Source of the DNA: an uncultured Selenomonas sp.
Lineage (GTDB): Bacteria; Bacillota; Negativicutes; Selenomonadales; Selenomonadaceae
Assembly (NCBI GenBank): GCA_938045435.1
Contig: CALIBA010000186.1
Coordinates: 1 to 46,509 of the forward strand
Length of the DNA: 46,509 nucleotides
Direction: 5' to 3'
Position 1 is the stretch's first letter, and each line of letters opens with the position of its first letter. Positions 27,868 through 37,438 of this stretch are shown here, one piece after another. Made by a program: the position numbers and the translations under genes. The notes below the pieces were generated by a model. The model saw only the letters and a list, made by a program, of their open reading frames with translations. It did no database searches and was not told the origin of the DNA.

Positions 27868-29418
27868 TCACCGCACCTTTCCCGCTTCCAAAACATGAAT
27901 TTCATCGGCAAAATATGTGAGCAGCGGCCGGTCATGCGAGATGAGCAGCATACCGAGCTGATGCTCTGCGCGCAGGCGCATGAGCAGCATCAGAATCTGC
28001 GCCTGGATGGAGACATCGAGCATGGTCGTCGGCTCATCGAGCAGCAAAATCCGCGGCTCCATGAGCAGCGCCCGCGCAATCACAGCACGCTGCAGTTCGC
28101 CGCCCGAGAGCTCATGGGGCTGACGCGTAAGCACACGCTCCGTCAGCTCCACCGCCCGAAGCCCGTCCATGATCTGTTCCCGCGCCGAACGTCCTCCTTC
28201 GAGCAGTGTGGGATGCATCGCAAAGACCTCATGCAAACTCTCCTCAATACGCCACCGCGCATCAAATGCCTGTTCCGGGTTCTGTGCGACGAGCTGCACA
28301 CGCCGCCGAAAGGAGCGCATATCAGCCCGTGAAAACGCCGCAATATCGCGCCCATTCCATTGGACAGTACCGCCATTGGGACGGATGAGGCCGAGCAGCA
28401 AGCGCACGAGCGTACTCTTGCCCGCGCCGCTCTTTCCCTCAAGCCCGATGGCACACCCCTCAGCGACTGTGAGGCTGCACCCATCCAGAACGCGCATCTC
28501 CTGCCCGCTCGCGCGGTCGTGCATATTCTTTGTCACGCCGCGTGCTTCGAGGACGGCGGGTCCGCAGGATGGCATCGCCCGCACGCCCCCATCCTGCACT
28601 GCGGACGATGCAGGGGCTGGCCTTTTGCGCGTTAGGAACTCCGGCTGCGCCTTGAAATACGCCTGCGTATAGGGATGCGCCGGATGTGTCCACACATCCC
28701 TTCCCTGCTCCACGATCTCCCCTGCCTGCATGACAATGACGTGATCGGCAAGCTGCCGCGCGAGCGGAATATCGTGTGTGATGAGGAGGAGGGAGACGCC
28801 CGCGCGCGCTGCGAGATGCTTCAGATTATCCGCAACCATCTGCCAGACGGTGGGGTCGAGCCCCTTCGTCGGCTCGTCCGCGAGAATCCACTGCGGCTCC
28901 CCTGCATCTGCCATCGCGCAGAGCACGCGCTGCAACATGCCGCCCGACAGCTCATGCGGATAGGAGCGCAGGACGCGCTGCGGGTCATCGAAACCGAAAC
29001 GTTCGAGGAGCGCTGCATACGCGGCGTCCCCCCATGCGGGACGCCCTGCGCCGCGCCGCACGTCTTTGATTTGCCGTCCAATGCGGTGCACGGGGCTGAG
29101 TGCCGCACGCGGCAGCTGTGGGACAATGCCCCAGCATTTTCCCCAATACTGAGACCGCAGCACCTCTTGCCCGAGTGCAGCTATATCCACTCCATCGAAC
29201 AAAATCCGCCCTGTCATCTCCGCCCCCGTGGGCAATGCACCAAAGAGCGCCTGTCCGAGCGTTGACTTCCCGCTGCCGCTCTCCCCAATGATCGCCGTCA
29301 CACCCCCGACAGGGAAGTCTGCACTGACAAGGCAGAGCGCAGTCATGTGCGCATTTCCATCGGCATAGCGCACGGTCAGATCGCGTACGGCAAAGCCTGC
29401 CTTTTGCATTTCCATCAT
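27868..29418 (-). CDS. Fused double ATPase of a peptide/nickel (Opp/Nik) ABC transporter
   Basis: Two Walker A motifs (GESGSGKS, GKSGAGKS) and two PHELSGG signatures. Confidence 0.92.
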   Translation of the reverse strand: MMEMQKAGFAVRDLTVRYADGNAHMTALCLVSADFPVGGVTAIIGESGSGKSTLGQALFGALPTGAEMTGRILFDGVDIAALGQEVLRSQYWGKCWGIVPQLPRAALSPVHRIGRQIKDVRRGAGRPAWGDAAYAALLERFGFDDPQRVLRSYPHELSGGMLQRVLCAMADAGEPQWILADEPTKGLDPTVWQMVADNLKHLAARAGVSLLLITHDIPLARQLADHVIVMQAGEIVEQGRDVWTHPAHPYTQAYFKAQPEFLTRKRPAPASSAVQDGGVRAMPSCGPAVLEARGVTKNMHDRASGQEMRVLDGCSLTVAEGCAIGLEGKSGAGKSTLVRLLLGLIRPNGGTVQWNGRDIAAFSRADMRSFRRRVQLVAQNPEQAFDARWRIEESLHEVFAMHPTLLEGGRSAREQIMDGLRAVELTERVLTRQPHELSGGELQRAVIARALLMEPRILLLDEPTTMLDVSIQAQILMLLMRLRAEHQLGMLLISHDRPLLTYFADEIHVLEAGKVR

Positions 29419-30230
29419 CCGCGCACCTCCTGCCGCACGTCAAAATGGCGGCGCAGCACCTGCCCGACCATGTTGAGGGAGCTGACGAGCAGGACAATCG
29501 CCGTCCCCGGCACGATGATGAGATGCGGTGCCTGCCGATAGTAGAGCATGGCATCGCTCACCATCATACTCCAGTCAGGCGTCGGCGGCTGCACGCCGAG
29601 ACCGAGTAAGCTCAGCCCCGCAATGGCGAGCACGCCGCGCCCGAGGCGCAGTGAGCCGAGTACAAGCAGGGTCCCGCCGAGCGCGGGCAGGATGTGCCGC
29701 AGAATCATCCGACTGTCACCGCAGCCGAGGGCACGCAGCTGCTCTATGTATGGTTCTGCCGTACGTTGCATGACCTCCGCGCGCACAACGCGCGAGAACC
29801 CCGCCCACGAGCCGACAACGAGCGCGAGCAGGAGCCCCGTAACGCCAGGACCGGCAAAGCCTGCAACTGCCACCATGAAACTGATGCCGGGGATGCCTTG
29901 AAAGACGTTGCTCACCATCGTGAGCACCTCATCCACCCGACCGCCGAAATAGCCCGCACAAAGCCCCACAAGCGTCCCTAGCCCAAGCGCGAGCACGGTC
30001 GAGACGAGAGAGAGCAAAAGTGTGCTGCGCCCGCCATAGAGCATACGGCTGAAAAGGTCGCGCCCGAGCGCGTCCGTGCCGAGGAGATGCGCCGCCGTAG
30101 GGCCTTGCAGACGGATTGCCATATTCGGCTCGAACGGATTCATCGGTGCGACCTGTGGCGCAAAGATCCCTGACAGCACGATCCCTGCAAGTACGAGAAG
30201 TGCTCCATAGCCCATACAGCGTTCCATCAT
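29415..30230 (-). CDS. Opp/Nik ABC permease (OppC/NikC-like)
   Basis: HLLGTDALGRD, RHILP, GLGVQPPTPDW motifs. Confidence 0.92.
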   Translation of the reverse strand: MMERCMGYGALLVLAGIVLSGIFAPQVAPMNPFEPNMAIRLQGPTAAHLLGTDALGRDLFSRMLYGGRSTLLLSLVSTVLALGLGTLVGLCAGYFGGRVDEVLTMVSNVFQGIPGISFMVAVAGFAGPGVTGLLLALVVGSWAGFSRVVRAEVMQRTAEPYIEQLRALGCGDSRMILRHILPALGGTLLVLGSLRLGRGVLAIAGLSLLGLGVQPPTPDWSMMVSDAMLYYRQAPHLIIVPGTAIVLLVSSLNMVGQVLRRHFDVRQEVRG

Positions 30231-31183
30231 CGTCCACCTCCGAGCATGACACGCGGATCGAGCCGCAGGAGCACAAGATCAACCGCGATGGTCACGAGTA
30301 TATAGATCCCCCCGAGAAAGAGCACATACCCCTGCAGCAATGGATAGTCACGATAGTGGATTGCCTCGAGCGCGAGCGAGCCGATGCCCGGCAGTGCAAA
30401 GACGGTCTCCACGATGATCGCCCCGCCAAGCACCGCTGCAAAGAAGTTCCCCAGCATTGCAGCGACAGGAATAACGGCATTCGGCAGCGCGTATGTCAAC
30501 AGCACGCGCATCTCAGACAGCCCGCGCAAACGCGCCGTCTGTGCATAGAACGAGGCAAGTGCCTCGCGCAGCTGGCTGTCGAGGAGCTGCGCTGTCATCG
30601 CAAGCGTCACGAGTGCGAGTGCGAGTGACGGCAGGATGTAGCCCTCCGCCGACTCCACCCCATTGGTTGGCAGGACGTGCAGCCACACACCAAAGACGAG
30701 GATCAGCAGAATCGCCATGAGAAAGGATGGCGCCGCAAGCATCACCTGCGTTACGCCGCGCACAAGAACCTCAACAATCGTACCGCGCATGCGTGCCATG
30801 AGAAGCCCGAGCCCGATGCCGCCCACAACCGCCCAACCGAGGGCCGCCACGGAAAGAGCCACGGTCACGGGCAAACGCGCCAGCAGGGCATCAAAGACCG
30901 GCATCCCCAGATGGTAGGACATTCCACCATCCCCTTGCAGGAGACGCCACAGCCAGAGTCCATACTGGACATAGGGTGGCGCGTCGAGCCCAAGGTAGCT
31001 GCGCAGAGCGCTCACCTCCTCTGCGGATGGCATGCCCATCCCCGCCCCTTCTAACATGATCTCTGCCGGATCGCCCGGCGAGAGCTGCGCGAGGACGAAC
31101 GCGAGGAGGATGATGCCAAAGAGTACAGGTACGGCGCTCATGAGACGCCGTACGATATAGCGTTGCAGCATATTCATTTCCAT
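30227..31183 (-). CDS. Opp/Nik ABC permease (OppB/NikB-like)
   Basis: PGDPA, GLDAP..VQY, AIIVETVFALPGIG, RDYP, DPR motifs. Start may be 31183, 31177 or 31171. Confidence 0.92.
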   Translation of the reverse strand: MEMNMLQRYIVRRLMSAVPVLFGIILLAFVLAQLSPGDPAEIMLEGAGMGMPSAEEVSALRSYLGLDAPPYVQYGLWLWRLLQGDGGMSYHLGMPVFDALLARLPVTVALSVAALGWAVVGGIGLGLLMARMRGTIVEVLVRGVTQVMLAAPSFLMAILLILVFGVWLHVLPTNGVESAEGYILPSLALALVTLAMTAQLLDSQLREALASFYAQTARLRGLSEMRVLLTYALPNAVIPVAAMLGNFFAAVLGGAIIVETVFALPGIGSLALEAIHYRDYPLLQGYVLFLGGIYILVTIAVDLVLLRLDPRVMLGGGR

Positions 31184-32727
31184 GCCACCTCCGCGAGCGA
31201 GACCCCATAGCGCAGCGCACGGTAGCCCGTAAGGCGTGCCGCATTATAGACCACGATGTTTTCATCATAGTAGAGCGGAACAAGCGGCTGTTCGTCCACG
31301 CTGATCGCCTGAATACGGTCGAAGATTGCACGCCGCCGCTCCTCGTTCGCCTCCGTATTGAGCACGGTGAGAAGTTCGTTCACCTCTGCATTGTCGTAGC
31401 CGAGGGAGAGAGCCTTGTTGCGCGATCCCTTTGAGAAAAAGAACCCTTCGAATACATAGAGCGGATCACCGTTCGGCAGCCCCTGCTGAGAACGGGCGAT
31501 GTCATAGTCCCCGCGGCGCATACGCACTGTCAGCATCGGCGACTCAAGCGCCTCGATACGCACATCAAGACCAAGATCCGCCAGCCAATACGCAATGAGC
31601 TCTGCCTCCCCCTTTGCGATCGGATCTGCGCCATTCACGCAGTAGACAATCTCCCGCCGCGCGTCCCCAAGCACTTCATGCGCGAGGCGTTTTGCCTCCT
31701 CCACATCCTGCACAACAGGGAACTCCTGATAGAACGGACTCGCAATACTGAGGAGATTCATCGTCGGCGTTGCATAACCAAGGTAAAGCGCATCCACAAG
31801 CAGGCGGCGGTCCAGCAGGAGGCTCACTGCGCGCCGCATGCGCACATCATTGAACGGCGGTTTTTTCCCATTCATCGCAAGATAGCGCACCATGATCGAG
31901 CGGCTGGTCGAAATGGCAAATCGATCATCCTGCACCAGTTCATCTGCGAGTACAGGCGGAATCGCATTCAGATCCAGAACGCCCATGATCTCCTCTGCCT
32001 TGAGCGCAGCAAAGCGGACATCGGGGCTTGGGATGCTGCGCACCATGATGCGGTGTGCACGCGCCTTCTCTCCATAGTAGTCCTCATTGCGCTCGAGCAG
32101 GACATAGCGGTCCTTCACATTTTCAACAATGCGGAAAGGGCCTGTCCCAATGGCGACGCCCGCAAAGCTGCCGTCGTCTGCAAGGCACGCGGGCGCATAG
32201 ATGGGACTGCCGAAGTTCATCATGTTGTAGAGCTGATTGATATTCGGCTGCGAGAACGTCAGACGTATCGTGAACACATCAAGAGGCTCCACACCCACGA
32301 GATTCGGATAGTAGTTCCTGCGGCTGCGCGCATAAAACGTCGTCGAACGCGGCTCTTTTTCCATCCATGCGAGATTATCCGCAACCACCTGCGCCGTGAG
32401 GAGTGTGCCGTCGTGAAAGCGCACCCCCTGCCGCAGATGAAACACCCAAACGCGCCCCTCGTCCAGCATCTCCCATGATGCGGCAAGGCACGGAGCGGGC
32501 GCACCCGTCGCCTCGTCCGCCGTGATGAGCGGCTCCCAGACGCCGAGGATCTTGCTGCAATAATAGCCGTCATTCACACCTGGCGCAAGCTGACGATAGG
32601 CCGCGAGCACGATGGTGTCATCCGACGCATTTCCCGTCGCCTCTCCACTGCGCTCCTCTACTCCCTGTCCGCAGCCCACAGCCGAGAGCAGAAACACGAG
32701 CAAAATGAACGTGCGCAGACAGCGCAT
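31174..32727 (-). CDS. Family-5 (Opp/Dpp/NikA) substrate-binding lipoprotein
   Basis: Lipobox AVGC, LRQGVRFHDG, IGTGPF, FNDVRMRRA motifs. Confidence 0.92.
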   Translation of the reverse strand: MRCLRTFILLVFLLSAVGCGQGVEERSGEATGNASDDTIVLAAYRQLAPGVNDGYYCSKILGVWEPLITADEATGAPAPCLAASWEMLDEGRVWVFHLRQGVRFHDGTLLTAQVVADNLAWMEKEPRSTTFYARSRRNYYPNLVGVEPLDVFTIRLTFSQPNINQLYNMMNFGSPIYAPACLADDGSFAGVAIGTGPFRIVENVKDRYVLLERNEDYYGEKARAHRIMVRSIPSPDVRFAALKAEEIMGVLDLNAIPPVLADELVQDDRFAISTSRSIMVRYLAMNGKKPPFNDVRMRRAVSLLLDRRLLVDALYLGYATPTMNLLSIASPFYQEFPVVQDVEEAKRLAHEVLGDARREIVYCVNGADPIAKGEAELIAYWLADLGLDVRIEALESPMLTVRMRRGDYDIARSQQGLPNGDPLYVFEGFFFSKGSRNKALSLGYDNAEVNELLTVLNTEANEERRRAIFDRIQAISVDEQPLVPLYYDENIVVYNAARLTGYRALRYGVSLAEVAWK

Positions 32728-32805
32728 AACGTCCCTCCCTTCCTTTTCTTTGACGGCAAAAAGGGCAGAAGAATCTTCTGCCCTTCTTGTCAGTTTCCCA
32801 TATTC

Positions 32806-34974
32806 TTAGAGATCCATCGACATCGTCAGCGCAATCGTGCGCGGCGTCGAGAGATAGATATTATTGTCGCCGCGCGACACCATCCAGTAGTTCTTATTGA
32901 AGAGATTATACACCGTAAGACCGAACTGCACCGGCATGTGCCCGAGCGTCGTTCGGTAGTTCATGCCGACATCAAACACCGTCGTCGCGGGAGACTTGAA
33001 CTTTTCATAGAGAATCCACGAGCGTCCCGTATAGGTCATGCGGCCGAAGAAATTCAGCCGCTCGTCTGCATCATAGCGCACAAGCATCGTCCCGTTCCAG
33101 CGCGGCTGTCCGTCCTCTGTCACACCGTCGCGCAGTCCGCCCGCCGTCTTTTTATAGACGGCCTGCATATAGGCCGTACCGAGCGCCATAGACCACTTCG
33201 GCGCAAGGCGCCCCGTAACCCCAAGCTCTATGCCGCGGTGGCGGAGCTTTCCGTCCTGCTCCAGATAGGCAAGCCCGCCGCGATCGACACGGATATTGTT
33301 CGCCTGCTCGATGTCAAAGAAGGCGAGGGAGGTCGTCAGCCCCTTGTTCGTATACTTAACGCCAATCTCATTCTGCTTCGTCTTGGCCGGCGGCAGGACG
33401 GCGTTGTTATTCACATAGGAACTGCCGACAATCGTCCCCGACTCGAAATACTCTGCATGGCTCGCATAGATGGAGACTTTCTCCGACGGGCGGTAGGTCA
33501 GCGCATAGGTCGGCGTCGTCGCACTCGAATGCGTCTTGGCGGTCTCGCGCCCCGCTGCATTATACGCATCCACATCGGACGAATGGTGATGAATGCCGAG
33601 CAGGAGATTCCATTTGTGCAACGTGATTGAATCGACGAGCGAAATGCCCTTCGTCGTCGTCTTGTTGGCAAGATACGCTTCATAGTCCGTATGCGGCTGT
33701 GCCGTCTGCCTAAGAACCCCCGTATAGATATTGCCCATGCCGAGTTGGGAGACCCGCGACCCCCTCTTTGCTGCCGAGCGCTCCCGCCATGCACGGTCTA
33801 CCGAGAGCGTGAGCGAGTGCTCTGCCGCGCCCGTATGGAGTTTCCCGTTGATGCCAAGCTGCGCATAGTGCGCCTTCTGCGGTGTCGTCGTCTGCTGCTG
33901 CTCAAGCTTAAAATCCCCCGCATCGTTAAGCAGCGTAATGGCGCTGAACCGGTACATGACATTTTGACTGAGCTTATTCTTCATCGTGCCGGCATTTAAG
34001 AACCATTTCCAGTCCTTTGACATCTGCTGCTCATGGTTGAGTGCCATCAGCCATCCATAGGATTCCTTGTCCATACCGTCAAAGGCATAGTTCCGCTTTG
34101 CCTGCGGTGCGCGCGGGAACTGCGTCACCGCAGCGCCAAGCTTAAACCAGCGCTGCCCGCCAACCACTTCGTTCTGCCGATACCCCGTGAAGAAGTTCGT
34201 CGTGCTCTTAGTACTGCGGTGGTCGATATTGACGTAGACGCTGGCAGCCTTGATCTTTTGCCCATCGACAGCCGTCTCTCCATCCACCTTCTCCGCCATG
34301 AGGCGGGCACCCCACTGCTTTGCACCGCCAAAACGGCGTGCCAGATCAAAATAGAATCCGCCGAGGCTCTTGCCCGCATGGGTCAGCGTCAGACGCGTGA
34401 GATCTTTATCTCCCGCGCGTTTTGTTGTGAAGTTCACAATACCGCCTGCCGCATTCGACTCGTAGTGTGTCCCCGTGCCCGAGAGCCCGCTGTTGGGGCC
34501 CGAGACAATATCCGCACGCTCCACCACATAGAGCGGCGCGTTGAACTGCGTGAACATATCGGGAATGCCGTTGACATAGCTGCTGCTGCCGTTCGAGCGG
34601 AATCCGCGAAGCTGAAAATCATTGTGCAGAACACTGCCCGTACCGCGAACGGACGGCGAGACTGCGAGCACACTGTCGAGTGGCTGCGACGGGCTGCCGA
34701 ACGAATCGAGCGTCTCCCGCGTGATGTTCGTCGTCGTAAACGGTGTTGCCATCGTATCCTTGTTGCCGAGGATGCCAACAGAGCCTTCACGCACCGTAAA
34801 CGTCTCGCCAATCATCTGGGCAGCACGCTCGCCTGTAATGACGATGTCCGGCAGCTCATAGTCCAGTTCGGTTCCCTTTGCCGTCTCTGCCTGTGCCGCA
34901 GCCGATGCCGTACCTGTCCACACCACCCCGAGCGAGGCGAGTGTTATGGCAAGAACAAGCCCCTTTTTCTCCAT
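32806..34974 (-). CDS. TonB-dependent receptor (FcuA-like paralogue), first gene of the riboswitch-led operon
   Basis: True start MEKKGL (ATG 34974, SD AGGGAGG). LPDIVITGER, FQLRGF, KQNEIGVKY motifs. Confidence 0.92.
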   Translation of the reverse strand: MEKKGLVLAITLASLGVVWTGTASAAAQAETAKGTELDYELPDIVITGERAAQMIGETFTVREGSVGILGNKDTMATPFTTTNITRETLDSFGSPSQPLDSVLAVSPSVRGTGSVLHNDFQLRGFRSNGSSSYVNGIPDMFTQFNAPLYVVERADIVSGPNSGLSGTGTHYESNAAGGIVNFTTKRAGDKDLTRLTLTHAGKSLGGFYFDLARRFGGAKQWGARLMAEKVDGETAVDGQKIKAASVYVNIDHRSTKSTTNFFTGYRQNEVVGGQRWFKLGAAVTQFPRAPQAKRNYAFDGMDKESYGWLMALNHEQQMSKDWKWFLNAGTMKNKLSQNVMYRFSAITLLNDAGDFKLEQQQTTTPQKAHYAQLGINGKLHTGAAEHSLTLSVDRAWRERSAAKRGSRVSQLGMGNIYTGVLRQTAQPHTDYEAYLANKTTTKGISLVDSITLHKWNLLLGIHHHSSDVDAYNAAGRETAKTHSSATTPTYALTYRPSEKVSIYASHAEYFESGTIVGSSYVNNNAVLPPAKTKQNEIGVKYTNKGLTTSLAFFDIEQANNIRVDRGGLAYLEQDGKLRHRGIELGVTGRLAPKWSMALGTAYMQAVYKKTAGGLRDGVTEDGQPRWNGTMLVRYDADERLNFFGRMTYTGRSWILYEKFKSPATTVFDVGMNYRTTLGHMPVQFGLTVYNLFNKNYWMVSRGDNNIYLSTPRTIALTMSMDL

Positions 34975-35204
34975 GAAAAATTTCCTCCCTACTGCGCCTA
35001 AAAGGGCGCCCCTTCTTTCTTCATCAAAGCCCCACTGCTTTGCAGCCCTCGCACGATGCAGCAGGCATCTTTGTCTACACCGAAAGAGCCCCCGTCCATA
35101 ATGGACAGGGGCCTTCTCACACGAAAAAAGCCTGCCGTCCTGTCCATCGCAGGATGCAGTGGGACGGTGCCTGTGCCGTGCACATGGCCGCCCCAAACGT
35201 ACGA

Positions 35205-35402
35205 GATTCGGTAGGTCTTCTGGCTCTGCTTCCTCACCTGTCTCGCCTTCCCAGTTGCCCAGTGACATCTTGAGACAGTCTCAGCATTACAGCGGCGGGA
35301 CCGCACCGGCTTTCCGTGCACGTCCCTTGCGAAACGCGCACCCGGTTTCCCTGTTACCCTATGGCACCGCCATATGCGGCGGCGTCATAGGCACCGAATC
35401 TG
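35205..35402 (-). ncRNA. Cobalamin (AdoCbl) riboswitch
   Basis: Minus strand reads GGTGC...TAACAGGGAAACCGGGTG...AAGCCGGTGCGGTCCCGCCGCTGTAA...TCACTGGG..CTGGGAAGG...GAGCCAGAAGACCTACC (B12 box). A U-tailed terminator lies downstream at ~35125-35170. Confidence 0.93.
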
Positions 35403-35436
35403 CTTATGAAATGATACGCTGATGAATATGTATTGC

Positions 35437-35465
35437 AGTATATCCAACACCTAGAAAAATGTCAA
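35437..35465 (-). promoter_or_regulatory. SigmaA promoter upstream of the riboswitch
   Basis: TTGACA-N17-TATACT on the minus strand. Confidence 0.8.
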
Positions 35466-35632
35466 CAGAGCCATGCTTTTAGGTGCCTCGTCCCATAGCA
35501 CAAAGAAAACAGCCCCACAGTCCTCCTTAGTAAATCCTAATATTTTCCATAAAGATACCGCTGTAATATATCTATTTATAATTTATAATTATGGATTTTA
35601 TGTGTATTTTTCATAGTTATTTTAAAATATTA

Positions 35633-35661
35633 AGCAGGAAAGATACAAAAAAGGCAGAATA
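35633..35661 (+). promoter_or_regulatory. SigmaH-like promoter of SLC13 copy 1
   Basis: GCAGGAAA...AGAAT, with 17 nt between AGGA and GAAT. Confidence 0.5.
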
Positions 35662-35789
35662 TTTACAGAGATATAAAATTTATATATATTATTCATTTCG
35701 GTGTACAAGGCACTCACCCTCTGTGCATCGCGCTGAGGGGCGTGCCTTTTGCAGGGCATTCCCCACGAGGATTGGAGAGGTAGGTAGTT

Positions 35790-37049
35790 ATGGATCCAGC
35801 AACACTGACGCTTGCCGTACTTGGCGTAGCGGCGCTATTCTTCGCCACGGAGATTATCCCGCTCGCAGTCACGGCAATGGGTGCGGCAATCGCACTGGGA
35901 CTCTTGGGGGTTTTAACGCCCAAGGAGGTATTTTCGGGGTTATCCAACTCCACTGTTGTACTCTTCGCCGGTATGTTTGTCATCGGCGCAGCGATGTTCC
36001 AAACAGGACTGGCACAATGGATTGGCATTGCCGTGGTGAAAAAATCCGGCACAAATGAGCGCGCGCTGATGATTGCCCTGATGACCATCACAATTGTGCT
36101 CTCCTCGGTATCATCGAACACGGCGACGGTCGCCTGCCTCATGCCGGTGGTCGTGCAGATCTGCGCAGCCGCAAAGATCCCGGTTTCCCCGCAGCTCATG
36201 GCGCTCGCCGTCGCGGCGAACGTCGGCGGCACCATCACGATGATCGGCACCCCGCCGAACATCCTCATGAGTGCAACACTCCAGGCGAGCGGGCTTCAGC
36301 CCTTTGGCTTCTTTGAGTTTGCATGGATCGGCATCCCCCTTTCCATCGTCGGCATTCTCTACATGCTCTCGATCGGCTATAAGCTCTGCCCACGCCATGA
36401 GGTAAAAGTCGAGGGCGAAGCGAAGACAGAAGAAGGCCCCAAGGACAAGAAAAAGATGATGATCTGCCTTGCGATTCTCCTGTGTGTCATCGTCGCAATG
36501 GTACTTGCCAAAGACATCAATGTGCCTATGCAGACATCCGCCATCATCGGCGCACTCGCCTGTGTCCTCACGGGCTGTCTCTCGGAAAAGCAGGCATACG
36601 CCGGCATCGATTGGACGACCATCTTCCTCTTTGCTGGTATGCTCCCGCTGGCAAGCGCCATGGATAAGAGCGGCGCAGGCAAACTCATCGCCGAGTTCGT
36701 CGTAGGGCTGATGGGCGCATCGCCCTCCCCGATCGTCATCGTCATCGCGATGTTCATTCTCTCCTGCGGTCTCACACAGTTCATGTCGAACACCGCAGCC
36801 GCGGCGCTTTTGGCCCCAATCGGTATCTCGATTGCACAGTCCATCGGCGCTTCCCCCTATCCGGTCATCATGGCAATCGGCATTGCCGCATCCTGCGCAT
36901 TTACGACGCCGGTCGCGACCCCGCCGAACACCCTCGTGCTTGGCCCCGGACAGTTCCGCTTTATGGACTACGTCAAAGTCGGCCTCCCGCTCGTCATCAT
37001 TTCACTGGGTGTCTGCGCGATTGTCATTCCGCTGGTATGGCCGTTCTAA
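35790..37049 (+). CDS. SLC13/DASS family (di/tricarboxylate or sulfate) permease, copy 1
   Basis: SNTATVA, GGTITMIGTPPN, IDW..IFL..G, MSNTA, TPVATPPN motifs. 419 aa. Confidence 0.93.
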   Translation: MDPATLTLAVLGVAALFFATEIIPLAVTAMGAAIALGLLGVLTPKEVFSGLSNSTVVLFAGMFVIGAAMFQTGLAQWIGIAVVKKSGTNERALMIALMTITIVLSSVSSNTATVACLMPVVVQICAAAKIPVSPQLMALAVAANVGGTITMIGTPPNILMSATLQASGLQPFGFFEFAWIGIPLSIVGILYMLSIGYKLCPRHEVKVEGEAKTEEGPKDKKKMMICLAILLCVIVAMVLAKDINVPMQTSAIIGALACVLTGCLSEKQAYAGIDWTTIFLFAGMLPLASAMDKSGAGKLIAEFVVGLMGASPSPIVIVIAMFILSCGLTQFMSNTAAAALLAPIGISIAQSIGASPYPVIMAIGIAASCAFTTPVATPPNTLVLGPGQFRFMDYVKVGLPLVIISLGVCAIVIPLVWPF

Positions 37050-37092
37050 GACAGCATACGGAAAATAATACCGCAGCATAAAAATCTCTGTC

Positions 37093-37132
37093 AAAAATCC
37101 CCCGCAGTTCCGTGTGGACTGCGGGGGATTTT
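37093..37132 (+). terminator. Intrinsic terminator
   Basis: AAAATCCCCCGCAG...CTGCGGGGGATTTT. Confidence 0.85.
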
Positions 37133-37334
37133 TCTGCTTCAAATCGGTGCGCCACAGTCATTAGAATATTTGCCATATAACGAAAAGAGTAACTAAATGT
37201 ATGGTTTCTAATGCATATCATTCATAATTACTTATAAACTCTATGTTTTCAATATAAAACAAATGATTATAAATCAAATATATTTTATTTGTTTGTTATA
37301 TGTGCTAATTTTATAAAAATTTTTTACAAGAAAA

Positions 37335-37363
37335 AGAAGGTTTATCAAATAAAAAGAAGAATA
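37335..37363 (+). promoter_or_regulatory. SigmaH-like promoter of SLC13 copy 2
   Basis: GAAGGTTT...AGAAT, same spacing as copy 1. Confidence 0.45.
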
Positions 37364-37438
37364 TAGTGGAGAAGATGAGCGCGCGGACTTCTGTCCGGGT
37401 CTGTCGTGCAAAAATAATTCTAGTAGGAGATGAGGACT

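Noticed and set aside
34975..35268. 98-aa N-terminal extension of the receptor ORF
   Set aside because: It runs through the riboswitch and its terminator. The SD and signal peptide place the start at 34974.
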